A stretch of DNA of 64,000 nt, taken from assembly GCA_951406725.2 (NCBI GenBank), contig OX597838.1:35526001-35590000 (forward strand). Direction: 5' to 3'. How positions within the stretch are numbered: position 1 is the first letter of the stretch; each line of letters begins with the position of its first letter. Below, piece by piece: positions 26,541 to 39,051 of the stretch. Source of the DNA: Octopus vulgaris (lineage: Eukaryota). Below the pieces are notes generated by a model that worked only from the letters and a program-made list of their open reading frames with translations, was not told the DNA's origin and ran no database searches. The translations under genes and the position numbers were made by a program.

Positions 26541-27242
26541 ATACAGGTATGTTATTCAGATACCAAGAATTCTGCTGCAACCATCATGTAAATACAATTG
26601 CTTCCACATAAACGACATTGTTCAAACATAAAGAACCGAACCGATAGATCTTGTCCAAGCTCTCAATGTTATCATTCTCTTTCCACGAGAGCAGAGCATG
26701 AACGGTAGGTGTCAGTGAGGTTAAATAAATAACACTTCACACTATGGAGTCCTGGCTACACAGAAAGTCAGGGTGGGCACAGCTGGAATGCCTTTCATAG
26801 TAGGTCTACTGGATCAGAAGTGACCTAGGGCTAAGTACCAACAGTTAATAATCACAACACTTGCAGCCACAATGGTCGTTCCATTTAAGAAGTCTTTTAA
26901 CATCAATGCTGTATGAATCCAAGACGAACACATAAAAGGAGAGTGGAAGCCGACGTTTCCATTCCAGAGACTTTAAAAAGCTCTCTGTTTTCATACCATC
27001 GCAGTTCTAGTCTTCTTCGCTTTAAATCTATGACCTGTGTTTATTCCCTTTTGTCCTGGTGTTCTTTGTTAAGTGTTGTAATTCAAACCTTAATGGTCAT
27101 CTCATGAGAAGTGGAATTTGCTATTTCAAAACTTGTGAGCTTGCAGCCCCACCCCTCGCCCCCCACCACTATGCATGTTCATGTACATAGCTATCTACAT
27201 ACATATGCAGATGTGCATTTCATTTATGTGCGTCTGCCCCCC

Positions 27243-27319
<77 letters not shown>

Positions 27320-27323
27320 TACA

Positions 27324-27402
27324 TACAGGGTGCAATGAATATATTGTCTAAATTATGCAAAAATGAAAATAACACCGACATCTCATTTTAACAGATATAT
27401 TT
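27324..27402 (+). mobile_element. Tc1/mariner-like terminus fragment
   Basis: TA-CAGGGTGC start typical of Tc1/mariner TIRs; no partner end seen. Confidence 0.35.
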
Positions 27403-27408
27403 ACCAAA

Positions 27409-27510
27409 AGGACATACAAAACAAGGAAAATTCCCCTTCTTCAGTCGCCTTTGTTTCATCTACTCTGCGTTTTGAAGGTCAAGGTGAATTTTCCTTGTTT
27501 TGTATGTCCT
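27409..27510. repeat. Inverted repeat, 25-bp perfect arms
   Basis: AGGACATACAAAACAAGGAAAATTC (27409-27433) / GAATTTTCCTTGTTTTGTATGTCCT (27486-27510). Confidence 0.9.
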
Positions 27511-28300
27511 GTACTCTATTTTTTTGTTGTTTAAGAAAAATGTCCATTTCCTTGGTTTTGTGTTTATGTTTTCGTTTCTCATTGTGTTCAACGTTTTTTT
27601 GGTGTCCTGTACCCATGTATGCATGTATATATACATGTAGAGGTAGGTACGTACATATATGTATGTATATATGCATATGTTTTATTTATTTATTAATTTA
27701 TATATATGCTTACATGCAAATATACATACCTGTATACATTGCATTTAGTCATTTGATTTATCACTTGATAAATATGAGCGTACATATCTGTTATTTATAT
27801 CACACATTTTGGAGTCTGTGGATGTGTATTTTAGTCTATTGGGAATTGGACAATCTACCATTGTTAATGCAACACTTATTAAAACACATTCTATAAAATT
27901 TATTCAGTTATCAAATTGTAAAAATATTTTCAGAAATGACAGATTGGTCCTTCTCTTTCCATTATCAATTTTTTTTTTCTTTTTGGTAAGCATTTATGTA
28001 TTCGGCTTGCTGTAGGCATGAAACTAAGGTATGGGATTACAGCGCATATAACCATGGGCTCAAATCTTTCATATTTTATCTGGTTCAGTCATTTGATTAT
28101 GACCATCCAAGATGTTGACTGGAAGGTTTTAGTCTAACAAATCGAGCCCAAAACCTATTTTAAGTTAGGTACTCATTCTATTCTCTTTTACTGAACTGTT
28201 AAGTTACCGGGGTATAAACAAACCAAGAATGGTTGTCAATTGGTGGTGTTGGCCAAACAGAAAGACACACGTGTATGTGTGTGTGTGTTGTATATATATA

Positions 28301-28750
28301 ATACCATTTATAACCACATATTAACTTATCACACCTGGCTAATATGAGCATAATGAGATACTCATATCTACATGGCTGAAACAGCTGTAAGATGTAGTTT
28401 ATATTTATATTTATTTATACATATTATACTTATTGTGTCATATTACTCATTGATGTGCATTGTTTTGTTCTGTACTATTATGTTTGACCTGATGTTCATA
28501 TGTAGTTGGTTAATAGATTATGTGATTGGGTATTATCTGGTAGTTGATTATTGATTATTTCTCCATTTTCTTATTTTGTATTATAAATTTGTGGTAAAAC
28601 ATTTTCCCTTCGCCCATATAATACAATAAATGGATTAATTGCATCGCAATTCTTAACATTTATGTATTAAATTGTTGGGTGCTTTACTGGCAGTATATTG
28701 GATATATGTTATCCCATGGTGGGTTGCACTCACAACCCCTATCTCAATTT
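28301..28750 (+). mobile_element. Penelope-like terminal fragment in (TA)n with the 3' half of a hammerhead
   Basis: GAAAC-AGCT-GTA at 28378-28389; about 28520-28580 matches the reverse complement of about 59956-60022; ends GGGTTG-N6-CAACCCCTATCTCAATTT then (TA)n. Confidence 0.6.
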
Positions 28751-28764
28751 ATATATATATATAT

Positions 28765-29098
28765 CTGAGACCCCCTTTGGTCACGACACTGACCATGGGA
28801 TTGCACCTAGAAAGTTACCCTCCCAGGCACAAGTTCGGGCAAGGTTGTTTATGGAAGACCAGCAGTCACCCATGCATACCGGCCTCCCCTCTCCACACCA
28901 CCAATGTTATCCAAGGGAACGGCAAAGGCCAATACAGCTTGACACTTGTGACATCGCAACTCATTTCTACAGCTGACTGGAATGGAGCAACATGAAATAA
29001 AGTGTCTTGCTCAAGAACACAACACGCAGCCTGGTCCAGGATTCCAGCTCACAACCTCACGATTGTAAGCTCGACGCTCTAACCACTGAGCTTCCATG
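28765..29098 (-). mobile_element. CORE-like SINE (family E) with a different 3' tail
   Basis: Shares CAGCTGA.TGGA.TGGAGCAAC.TGAAATAAA.T.TCTTGCTCAAG core and a tRNA-like head with family D, but has a distinct tail. Confidence 0.7.
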
Positions 29099-29454
29099 CA
29101 GTTTCGGTCTACCAAATTCACTCACAAGGCATCGGTCTACCAAATTCACTCACAAGGCATCGGTCTGCCTGTTGCTAATATTTGATTTTTCCTGAAATCT
29201 TACTGGTAGTGATTGTGCAAATTACTTAGAAATAATCCACCCCCCACCACCACCACCTCCTAAAAAAAGTGAACCAGTGTAAACATAATTAGCAATTTCC
29301 TCAATCCAATCAACAAATTTGAGAAGACATATTTCATGAATTGCAATAAAGAAAAATGGTTTTTTATTCCTTCTACGCCATTACAATAATATTATTTCTG
29401 TAGATTTGCTTATACTGCATGCTTCCACTACATAACTGAATGTAGTTCTGTGAA

Positions 29455-29486
<32 letters not shown>

Positions 29487-29875
29487 CCTTGGGTATGTAC
29501 AGTGTTTGGGTTTCAAGCACGTAGAAGTGCTTTGGTTCTTGGTTTGAATGTGATATTTACTGTATTTTGCCTTGGGCTCTTGACTTTTAATGGAACCGTA
29601 GCAGTGCTCATGACATATGGCCTTAGGCATATGTGTGTGTGTTTGTGTGTGTGCACATGTTATGATTTAGCATCTATTTTCCATGTGTGCATCGATCACA
29701 TGGAATTTGTTGAGGTGAATTTTCTATGGATGGATGCACATCCTGTTGGCAACGATTTACCTGTTTCCAAGTGAGGTACCATTTCCCACGGCCAGACATG
29801 TTTTCCACTAACGACTGAACACAAAAAAAATTGCTTGTATGACTTTTTTACAACCAACACATGATATCAAGACAT

Positions 29876-29922
<47 letters not shown>

Positions 29923-30017
29923 GATCTTTTTTCAGTTTTCATCTTTTAAATCCACTCACAAGGCTTTAGTAGGAGACAGAATCTGAGATAGTTGGCAAGC
30001 AAACTTCTGAAACACAC

Positions 30018-30251
30018 ATATTTCTTTACTGCCCACAAGGGGCTAAACACAGAGAGGGGACAAACAAGGACAGACACACGGATTAAGTCTATTACATCGG
30101 CCCCCAGTGCGTAACTGGTACTTATTCAATCAACCCCGAAAGGATGAAAGGCAAAGTCGACCTCGGCGGAACTTGAACTCAGAACGCAGCGGCGGACGAA
30201 ATACCGCAAAGCATTTCGCCCGACATGCTAACGTTTCTGCCAGCTTGCTGT
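30018..30251 (-). mobile_element. SINE family B monomer
   Basis: Full match; 14-bp TSD CTTCTGAAACACAC (30004-30017 and 30252-30265). Confidence 0.92.
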
Positions 30252-30302
30252 CTTCTGAAACACACGGTCATCACACAATGTCTTTCTCTCTCTCTCTGTA
30301 TG

Positions 30303-30337
<35 letters not shown>

Positions 30338-30696
30338 ATGTATTTTATCTTTTAATGTTCCAGTCATTAGATTGCGGCCATGCTGGGGCATCACCTTGAA
30401 GAAATCTAAGTTGAATGTATTGAACCCAGTACTTATTTTTTTATAAACCTGGCACTTATTTCTTCTTTTGCTGGTGTCTCAAATTTAGGTTAAATCAGTG
30501 TTTGTCAAAGAGGAGGCCTATGAGACGGTTGGACAAGTTGTTTTGAGAAAATTTGGTTTAAATGTTTAACAACTCAGCACTGTCCATTGGACGGGGGTGG
30601 GGGGGCGTTTTGCTCGTATATAAAAATTATAAAAATTTGATTTAGTATTTCTAAATTGAATTTTTCCCTGTAAGTTAGGAATAATATTCCCTCAAA

Positions 30697-30740
<44 letters not shown>

Positions 30741-30759
30741 TTACCTTTTTTTATCATTT

Positions 30760-31105
30760 ATCTTGTTTTGCTCAGTAGACTGAGGCCATGCTGGGGCACT
30801 GCCTTGAAAAATTTTAGTTGACTGAATCAGCTCCAGGATTATTTTTTTTTAAAGCCTGGTACTTGTCCTATTGGTCTCTTTCACCAAACTGCCAAGTCAC
30901 AGGGATGTAAACACACCAACACCTGTCGTCCAAGTGGTGGCAGGGGATAAACCCACAAACAGACATACTCAGTGGGTTTCTCTAAGTTTCCGTCGTCTAA
31001 ATCTATTTACAAGTCTTTGGTCGGTACAAGATACTTGCTCAACCTACCACGCAGTGGGATCGAACCCAGAACCTTGTGGTTGGGAAACGAACTTCTTGCC
31101 ACACT
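30760..31105 (-). mobile_element. SINE family A, old copy
   Basis: Diverged reverse-complement match. Confidence 0.7.
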
Positions 31106-31350
31106 CTTTCATTATCAAATTTTCATTAGTGACTGCATAAAGGCTTTTGTTTATCAACTAAACAAAATAATTATATAGAAAAATATTGCACTGACTGATC
31201 AGCGGGGAATTTCTATCATTATTCTCTAATTCTTTATGACCTGAATGAGTTAAATATAATCCTCTTTTGTAATCCTGTTTCATTCTTCTGTCTGCGTGTC
31301 TCAGTTTTCCTCTTTTTTTTTTTTTGCATTTATTTTTCTGTAGTAAGTTA

Positions 31351-31392
<42 letters not shown>

Positions 31393-31514
31393 GTCTTTTT
31401 CTTAATGTGTCTCTATTGCTTAATTATTTCAGGCTTTATCAGTCAAACACACTCACAGGTGTTGTTTGTGAAGTTAATGAGAGACTAGATTCTTTAGAAG
31501 GCAATTGCTTAGAC

Positions 31515-31517
<3 letters not shown>

Positions 31518-31564
<47 letters not shown>

Positions 31565-31615
31565 GTATATATGTATATATATATGTATATGTATATATGT
31601 ATATATATATATGTG

Positions 31616-31700
<85 letters not shown>

Positions 31701-31895
31701 ATATATGTATATATATGTATATATATGTATATATATATGTATATATGTGTATATATGTATATATATGTGTATATATGTATATATATGTGTATATATGTAT
31801 ATATATATGTATATATATGTGTATATATGTATATATATGTGTATATATGTATATATATATATGTATATATATGTATATATATGTATATATATATG

Positions 31896-31929
<34 letters not shown>

Positions 31930-32040
31930 TGTGTGTGTATATATATATATATATATATGTGTTTATATGTATGTATATATATATATGTGTGTGTATATAT
32001 ATATGTGTATATATATATGTATATATATATATATATAATA
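31518..32040. repeat. (TA)n/(TATG)n microsatellite, about 520 bp
   Basis: Directly visible. Confidence 0.95.
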
Positions 32041-32640
32041 TATTTACCAAATGAGACTAAGAGAGGAAGAGAGAGAGAATATGATAACTTTACTGTTTCT
32101 TTTCAACGTTTCTTTCTCCGGTTCTTTCTGTCTTCACCATTACTCAGGGTAGGAGACATACAAGTATACACAAGAACACATATACATGCGCATGTGTGCG
32201 TATGCACACACACACACACACACACATACACACACACGAGCCACCTCTCCCCCCCCCCCCCGACAAACACAAAGAGAAAACTGATTTTTCTTCATTAGTG
32301 TTGCAGACATGACTCCCCTTGTAAAATAATCAACGCTAATGACTAATAAATATATGTACATATATATATACATATATGTTTATGTGTGTGTGTGTGTGTG
32401 TATATATATGGAGAGAGGGACAGAGACAGACTGACTAATATATGTTTATAAGTTTATAATATCGATATATCTATATAATATAATGTATGTATGTGTTTGT
32501 GTGTGTGTGTACACTTTTCATTATCATTGTATGTCCACTTTCAGCATTTATTGGATAGTTCAGCAGTCTGTAACATTATATATGTTATATATACATAAGA
32601 ATATGTAACATATAGCTATAAAGTATGTTGCATATATATA

Positions 32641-33150
32641 TCATCATCATCATCATCATCATCATCGTTTAACGCCCGTTTTCCGCGCTAGCACAGGTTG
32701 GATGGTTCAACCGGGGTCTGGGAAGCCAGGGGCTGCACCAGGCTCCAGTCTGATCTGGCAGAGTTTCTACAGCTGGATGCCCTTCCTAACGCCAACCACT
32801 CCGTGAGTGTAGTGTGTGCTTTTTACGTGCCACCGGCACAGGTGCCAGAGGAGTCTGGCATCGGCCACGATCGGTTGGTGCTTTTAACGTGCCACCGGCA
32901 CGGAAGCCAGCCAAGGCGGCACTAGCACCGGTCACGTTCGGATGGTGCTTTTTATGTGCCACCGGCACAGAAGCCAGTCGAGGCGGTGCTGGCATCGGCC
33001 ACGTTTGGATGGTGCTTTTTATGTGCCACTGGCACAGAAGCCACTCGAGGTGGAGCTGGCAATGGCCACGTTTAGATGGTGCTTTTTATGTGCCACCGGC
33101 ACAGGTATCACAACTACTATTTCCATTGATATTTGTTTCGATGTTCATGT
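32641..33150 (-). mobile_element. Retroposon family C with about five internal 62-67-bp repeat units
   Basis: GTGCTTTT..GTGCCAC.GGCAC recurring at about 32815, 32877, 32944, 33011, 33078. Confidence 0.88.
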
Positions 33151-33264
33151 ACATGCACTTGACTCAACAGCGAGATGTTCTGGGATCCAAGGTACTTTGA
33201 ATGGGCAGGGGCTATGCGGACTGGTGCCGGAAGCAGCCCGGGTCTTTATATATATATATAGATA

Positions 33265-33481
33265 TTCTTTTCTACTCTTGGCACAAGACCTGAGATTTTT
33301 TTTTTGGGGGGGGGAACAGTCGATTAGATCAACCCCAGTACACAACTGGTACTTAATTTATCATCCCTGAAAGGATGAAAGGCAAAGTCAACCTCGGCGG
33401 AATTTGAACTCAGAATGTAAAGACAGATGAAATACTGATAAGTATTTTGCCTGGTGTGCTAACATTTCTGCCAGCTTGCCT
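33265..33481 (-). mobile_element. SINE family B
   Basis: Reverse-complement match. Confidence 0.85.
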
Positions 33482-33502
33482 TATATATATATTTGTAATA
33501 TA

Positions 33503-33888
33503 TTCTTTTATTCTTTTACTTGTTTCAGTCATTTGACTGCGGCCATGCTGGAGCACCGCCTTTAGTCGAGCAAATCGACTCCGGGACTTATTCTTTGTAA
33601 GCCCAGTACTTATTCTATCGGTCTCTTTTGCCGAACCGCTAAGTTACGGAAATGTGAACACACCAGCATCGGTTGTCAAGCAATGCTAGGGAGACAAACA
33701 CAGACACATACATATATATATATATACATATATACGACGGGCTTCTTTCAGTTTCCGTCTACCAAATCCACTCACAAGGCATTGGTTGGCCCAGGGCTAT
33801 AGCAGAAGACACTTGCCCAAGATGCCACACAGTGGGACTGAACCCGGAACCATGTGGTTGGTTAGCAAGCTACTTACCACACAGCCAC
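33503..33888 (-). mobile_element. SINE family A
   Basis: Reverse-complement match. Confidence 0.92.
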
Positions 33889-33906
33889 TACCCATGCGCA
33901 CATATA

Positions 33907-34080
33907 AGAAATGCTATTTAGTATAACCTCCTCACTTTCAGTTTGAATGTCTGATCTAGTCTTGCCTCATCCTTCCTAAAGTTGGTCAACAGACATCTTT
34001 CTTGTAGTCATAAGTCAGACAAAGTTTTTAACAGATACAACATCAAAGCAAGTCATAGCTGCATGAATAGTTTTGACACT
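33907..34080 (+). pseudogene. Penelope-like element ORF relic (RT-to-GIY-YIG linker)
   Basis: Translates RNAI*YNLLTFSLNV*SSLASSFLKLVNRHLSCSHKSDKVFNRYNIKASHSCMNS, matching the PLE motif IIW(Y/F)NPPFSxNVxTxIxxxFLxLIDKHFPxxHKxxKIFNRxxVKxSYSCM. Confidence 0.8.
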
Positions 34081-34139
34081 TCTTTCACTGAAATTATGAG
34101 GAAACTACTTCCAGTGTTTCACTATTCGAGTTATTCATT

Positions 34140-34830
34140 CTTCCTCCATACCTCTTTTTGAATGAGATGATGCCTCTCTTTATCCTGGGCCTCATCAACC
34201 TGAGTCTTTGGGAAGTATCACAAGCCTTATCTGCCAGCTGCCAAGATGCCAACCAGTTGCTTTTGCTTTAGGCATTGCCTTCCATTTCTTCCCTGTTCTC
34301 ACCCTGATGCCAGCTAATGACACCTTCTGATGCTGTGTATTATAAAACGTCTTTTGCATGTGTCGCCTTAAAGTCTTCAGTTAGACTGCAAGATGTTACA
34401 GTGAAGCACTTCTGAGGTTGTGTAACTCCAGCAAGTTACAACCCCCCCCCCCCAAAAAAAAACCCCAAAAAATCACTGATCTTTCCTTCGAGGGTTCTCC
34501 TGTTCTTGATGGAATTCTGTAAACCAGTAAAGGTCACAAGACTTGGAGTAGATCAGAATATTGGTAAATCCAGGCCTTGAATCTACCAGACAGGCCCTTT
34601 TTAATCAACCCTAGTGAGCCACTTTTCAAGGTCTCTAGCTACAGAATCTTTCATAGTCTAATCAATGAATTTCTCCAGCCTCTTTACTGGCTGCTTTGTT
34701 ATTGAGGAGATGACAATTTCAGTTATTGAGAAATGGAATTTGTCAACCAAATTCTTTTCCTTCAGCACCATGGATCTTGAATAGGCAGGCTCAAAACCCA
34801 TTCTTGCCCATTAGTAAGGTTTTTCAAGTC
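34140..34830 (-). pseudogene. HERO-clade (R2-group, RLE) non-LTR retrotransposon relic
   Basis: Minus-strand translation with stops and frameshifts: WARMGFEPAYSRSMVLK..VDKFHFSI..SITKQPVKRL..DLEKWLTRVD..LSGRFKAWIYQ..SLTEDFKATHAKDVL..KVSLAGIRVRTGKKWKA..KERHHLIQKEV, collinear with HERO post-RT motifs. Confidence 0.85.
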
Positions 34831-35223
34831 AGCAGAGGTAAAGAATATGCACATCACCTGTTTTCAGCATAACAAAAACCCTAGCCCTAAACGCCGGGTC
34901 TGCGTATTCTTTACCTTTACCTTTGCCTTCAAGCCCTTGTACGTTCTCTATACTTCTCAGGTCTGATGGTGAGTGCATTTATAAGTGCTTTTAGGTAACC
35001 TTTGTTACGTCCATTATGTTTTATAGAAAAGGCAATGCCAGCCGATAGAACTGTTAGCATGTTGGACACAGTACTCAGCAGCAGTTTTTCCACCTCTTTA
35101 CATTTTGAGTTCAACTTTCCCCCTTCATTCTTGCATGGTTTATGTAATAAAGTGCTAGTCGAGTACAGAGATCAATATCATTGACAACCCCCCTGCCACC
35201 ACTGCCGCCACCACCACCACCAC

Positions 35224-35433
35224 TTATTTCTTTACTACCCACAAGGGGCTAAACACAGAGAGGACAGACAAGGAGATTAAGTCGATTACATCGACCCCAG
35301 TACATAACTGGTACTTAATTTATCGACCCCGAAAGGATGAAAGGCAAAGTCAGCCTCGGCGGAATTTGAACTCACAACGTAACGGCAGATGAAATACGGC
35401 TACGCATTTCGTCCGGCGTGCTAACGTTTCTGC
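35224..35433 (-). mobile_element. SINE family B
   Basis: Reverse-complement match. Confidence 0.88.
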
Positions 35434-35686
35434 CACCACCAAATTGCTGACCATGAGCCTAAATTTGCATCATTTACATTAAATAGAATAAAGTTACCGA
35501 TGAAACATGAAGTGATTTTTTTTTTCACTGTGAAAATATGTCCTGATTTAAATTCATAACTTGTACTGCAGAACCCACATCAGACTTTTAGAAATATAAG
35601 AATGGTGTGTATTTCACAGTTAAGGCATCCACACTTTTTGACCATTGATGTCAGCATTGTGGTTTTTATGTGTAATTTGGTGTTCA

Positions 35687-35907
35687 CCCTTTCAATACCA
35701 ACCTGGATTGAACTGCCTCTGGCTCTGTAGTACAAATGTCTTGTTTTTATAAGTTTTGCTTCAAAATATACCACCAAACCTTACTCTCAATTTATATTCC
35801 TAATACTAGCTGAATGATAACTAAGTTATTTTACTAAATTCTTTGTTATATTTAAAATAATTGAAAGAAACACAGAGCATCTCAAAATAAATACAGTAAC
35901 GAAAGGG
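35687..35907. mobile_element. piggyBac-like MITE, followed by a partial tandem duplicate (35912-36035)
   Basis: TTCA|CCCTTTCAATAC ... GTAACGAAAGGG|TTAA; the 3' ~120 bp is repeated immediately downstream. Confidence 0.65.
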
Positions 35908-38271
35908 TTAAAATCTTCCACCAAACCTTAGTCACAATTTATATTCCTAACACCAGCTTAATGATAACTAAGTTATTTTGCTAAATTCCTTGTTATATTT
36001 AAACTTAATTGAAAGAAAGTCAGGTAATGAAAGGGTAAAGCGATATTTTTTTTGTTGTCTTTCACTTTTGGTTATTAGTGTATATTTTAAGTGTCATTTT
36101 TATTCTGATGTGGTCTAACCTTGATAATGGAATGAAGGGATGAAGTCATAGGCTTGGGAACGGGGGATGCGAAGGTACGCCCTGAAATTTGTTTTGATGG
36201 GTCAGGGGGGTGCACAATCAAGTTGCTTTGAGCATCCTGGGTTGGGCTTGGGTTTGCACCCTCTAAGCAAATTTCAATTCCTGCGCTTAAGCGCTAGCTG
36301 TGTTTGCTAAAGGTTTCCACTGAAGACAGAATGGAGTGGAAGTGAGGTTACAGTCCAAAGATTGATTAAAAATCAGAGGTGGGATGCCAGGAGGTTAATA
36401 GCAACCACTACATCCCTCCTATCACCACTCCCCACCTTATTCGTGTTTCCTTTCCTTCTTTTCTTTCCTTCCTTCCTCTTCTGTTTTTCCTTCCTTCCTT
36501 CCTTCCTTTCTTTTCTCTCCCCTTTTTTCGTCGTTGTTTCTTTTTCTTTTGTCCATTATTCTTATATTCTATTTTATACAGAATGATCATCTCATTTTCT
36601 TAATGTTTTCTTTTAGTCTTTCCCGTCCTTCCTTCCTCCTTTCTTTCCTTTTATCTATTTTATCTCATTCATACATCAAGGTGATGGGCATGGGTGGGTG
36701 AGTGGGCGTGAATGTTCTGTTAGAAGACAGCTCAGGCTAAGATCATTTACCTTTTTGCTTGTCTAATTTAATTCCTCAATATTTCTTGGGCAATTTGTTT
36801 TGTCCACCACCAGTTCGGCTTTTTAAATGTTTTGCTTGTTGTCTGTCTTTTACTTTATTTATTCATTTATTTTTCTTAATGTTTTGCATCTTCCTGTTCT
36901 TAATCAGTTGTATTACTAAGGCTACTAAATAATGTAATGGTGGCAACACAGGGGTAGCGGGGTTTTATATTGAGAACCCATTATTGTAAAATATATTACT
37001 GTAAATGTAATATCTTTGACAGTCAAATATAATATCTATCTATCTTACTAAGCTAAAGCTACCGCTAAGCTAAGCTGAGCAGAGAGAGCCAGTCGGACTG
37101 GACTGTTGGCTCGACTTACTAGCTGTGAAAACCATTTGTCTGTCTTATCGGTTAGATCAATGTCAAATATACAGCAAGCGAAAGAGGAGATAACGGGGGA
37201 GTCTGTAAAAATAATCTTTGGCTCACCGGTATCCGATTTAAAATAACAATGCTGTGTTCGACTTCTATGCACTTATAGTACATTCATGTTGAGACCTTCC
37301 ATAGAAATTTTTGTTTTCATTTTTCTTCTCTTATTATTTAAAAAACAATTTTTTCCTCCCTCCAGAACAAAGCTGTTCTCTGATCTTTTATGAGATAGAA
37401 TCTGGTCTGGTGTTTTTTTATTTATTTAATTTTTTTTTTTTTATTTCTGAAGAATCTCTTGGTTCACAGAAGTTCTAGTGCTGGCAAGTTGCTAGAATTA
37501 TCAGAACATCAGATTAAATGACTCGTGGCATTTGTACCTGGCTGAGTTCAAATCTTACCAAGACCAACTTTGACATCTTTTGAGTGGATGGTGGGAGGTG
37601 GGTCGATAAATAAAGTATCTAAGATTCTAGACTGGCAGAAATGTTAAAGTAGTGAACAGGATGTCTTGTACTACTTGTTCTGGTCCTTTGCATTCTGAGT
37701 TCAGATCCTACTGTGACCTACTTGGGTGGTAAATTTAATCTATCATCCAATTTTACTGCACAATATCCTTGTTAGTAATCTTGCTTTTCCATCTAATTAT
37801 AAAGAAAAAAAGGGAGCAAAATCCATTTGTGATACTCCATTCTAAACTAGTTTTGCATTCTTTATCTTTTAAAACTTTGTGGGTTATTTGTTCAAATGAA
37901 CCCTCCCTCCCAAGCACTCTGTCTGTCTGTCTCTGCCTCTTGCATACATGCTCTCATAAACATGCACACTCCAAAACATGATGAATATTCTGACACAAAA
38001 GACAAGATAACAATTGATATTGTTATTAGGTTTCAGCTCAGAGAAATAAAAGAACAAGAATAAAAGAACGAGAGAAAATGAAAAAAGAAAAAAACCAAAA
38101 ATTCAGAAACAGTTGCCATTACCTCTGCTATGTTACAATATGCTACTATTTCTCTGTATAACAAGAGTAGCAGGTGATATATATCCATCGTACAAAACCT
38201 CATTCAACCATACATACGAATTATAAATTTACTACTAAGTCCACCTTACTAACAAAAAGTAATTTTTATTG

Positions 38272-38710
38272 TCATCATCATCATCATTATCGTTTAGCGT
38301 CCGCTTTCCATGCTAGCATGGGTTGGACGGTTCAACTGGGGTCTGGGAAGCCAGAAGGCTGCACCAGGCCCAGTCTGATCTGGCAATGTTTCTACGGCTG
38401 GATGCCCTTCCTAACACCAACCACTCCGTGAGTGTAGTGGGTGCTTTTTACGTGCCACCGGTATGGGGGCCAGACGAGGCTGGCAAACGGCCACGAACGG
38501 ATGGTGCTTTTTATGTGCCACAGGCACAGGTGCCAGACGAGGCTGGCAAATGGCCACGAACGAATGGTGCTTTTTACGTGCCACAGGCACAGGTGCCAGA
38601 CGAGGCTGGCAGACGGCCACGATCAGATGGTGCTTTTTACGTGTCACCGGCATGGGGGCCAGGGAAGGTTGGCAACAGCCACGAACGGATGGTGCTTTTT
38701 ACGTGCCACC
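38272..38710 (-). mobile_element. Retroposon family C with 63-bp tandem units
   Basis: GGTGCTTTTTA at 38440, 38503, 38566, 38629, 38691. Confidence 0.9.
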
Positions 38711-39051
38711 TCTGTGTTTAGCTCCTTGTGGGCAATAAAGAAATAAGAATTATTAGTGCATTGTACAAAATGCTTAGCAGCATCTCTTTTGACTCATTAC
38801 AATATATATATATACATGTATATATATGTATATACACACATTCCTGATATTGACTTGTCTCAGCACTTTTACATTTCTCTAGTGTTCCTGTTGTTATTCT
38901 TGTCATTCTACTTGTTTTTCCTTCTTTGGTTGCCGTGTTCTTGTTTTTTTTATATGAAGTGTTAATTGTTTATTCTTTTTGTTCTTTCCTTTTTTCCTAC
39001 TGCATCTTCTTATCTCCTTCTTCCTCTTCCTCTTCATCTATTTTCTTTCCA

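Noticed and set aside
26945-27010. Minus-strand GAAACGTC with an upstream hairpin
   Set aside because: No intact CUGANGA and no stem I
31423-31516. Possible exon after TTATTTCAG ([23 protein letters not shown])
   Set aside because: Acceptor-like site but no strong GT donor, no recognisable protein and no partner exons; needs RNA-seq
31359-32298. Long YI/CV-rich ORFs (also about 44053-45523, 48802-49475, 52401-52889, 58080-58676)
   Set aside because: Translations of (TA)n/(TG)n/(CA)n microsatellites that lack stops by composition; no domain signal
32815-33105. Repeat-spacer-like array resembling CRISPR
   Set aside because: The apparent spacers are homologous to each other, the array is internal to a dispersed eukaryotic retroposon, and no cas genes are present
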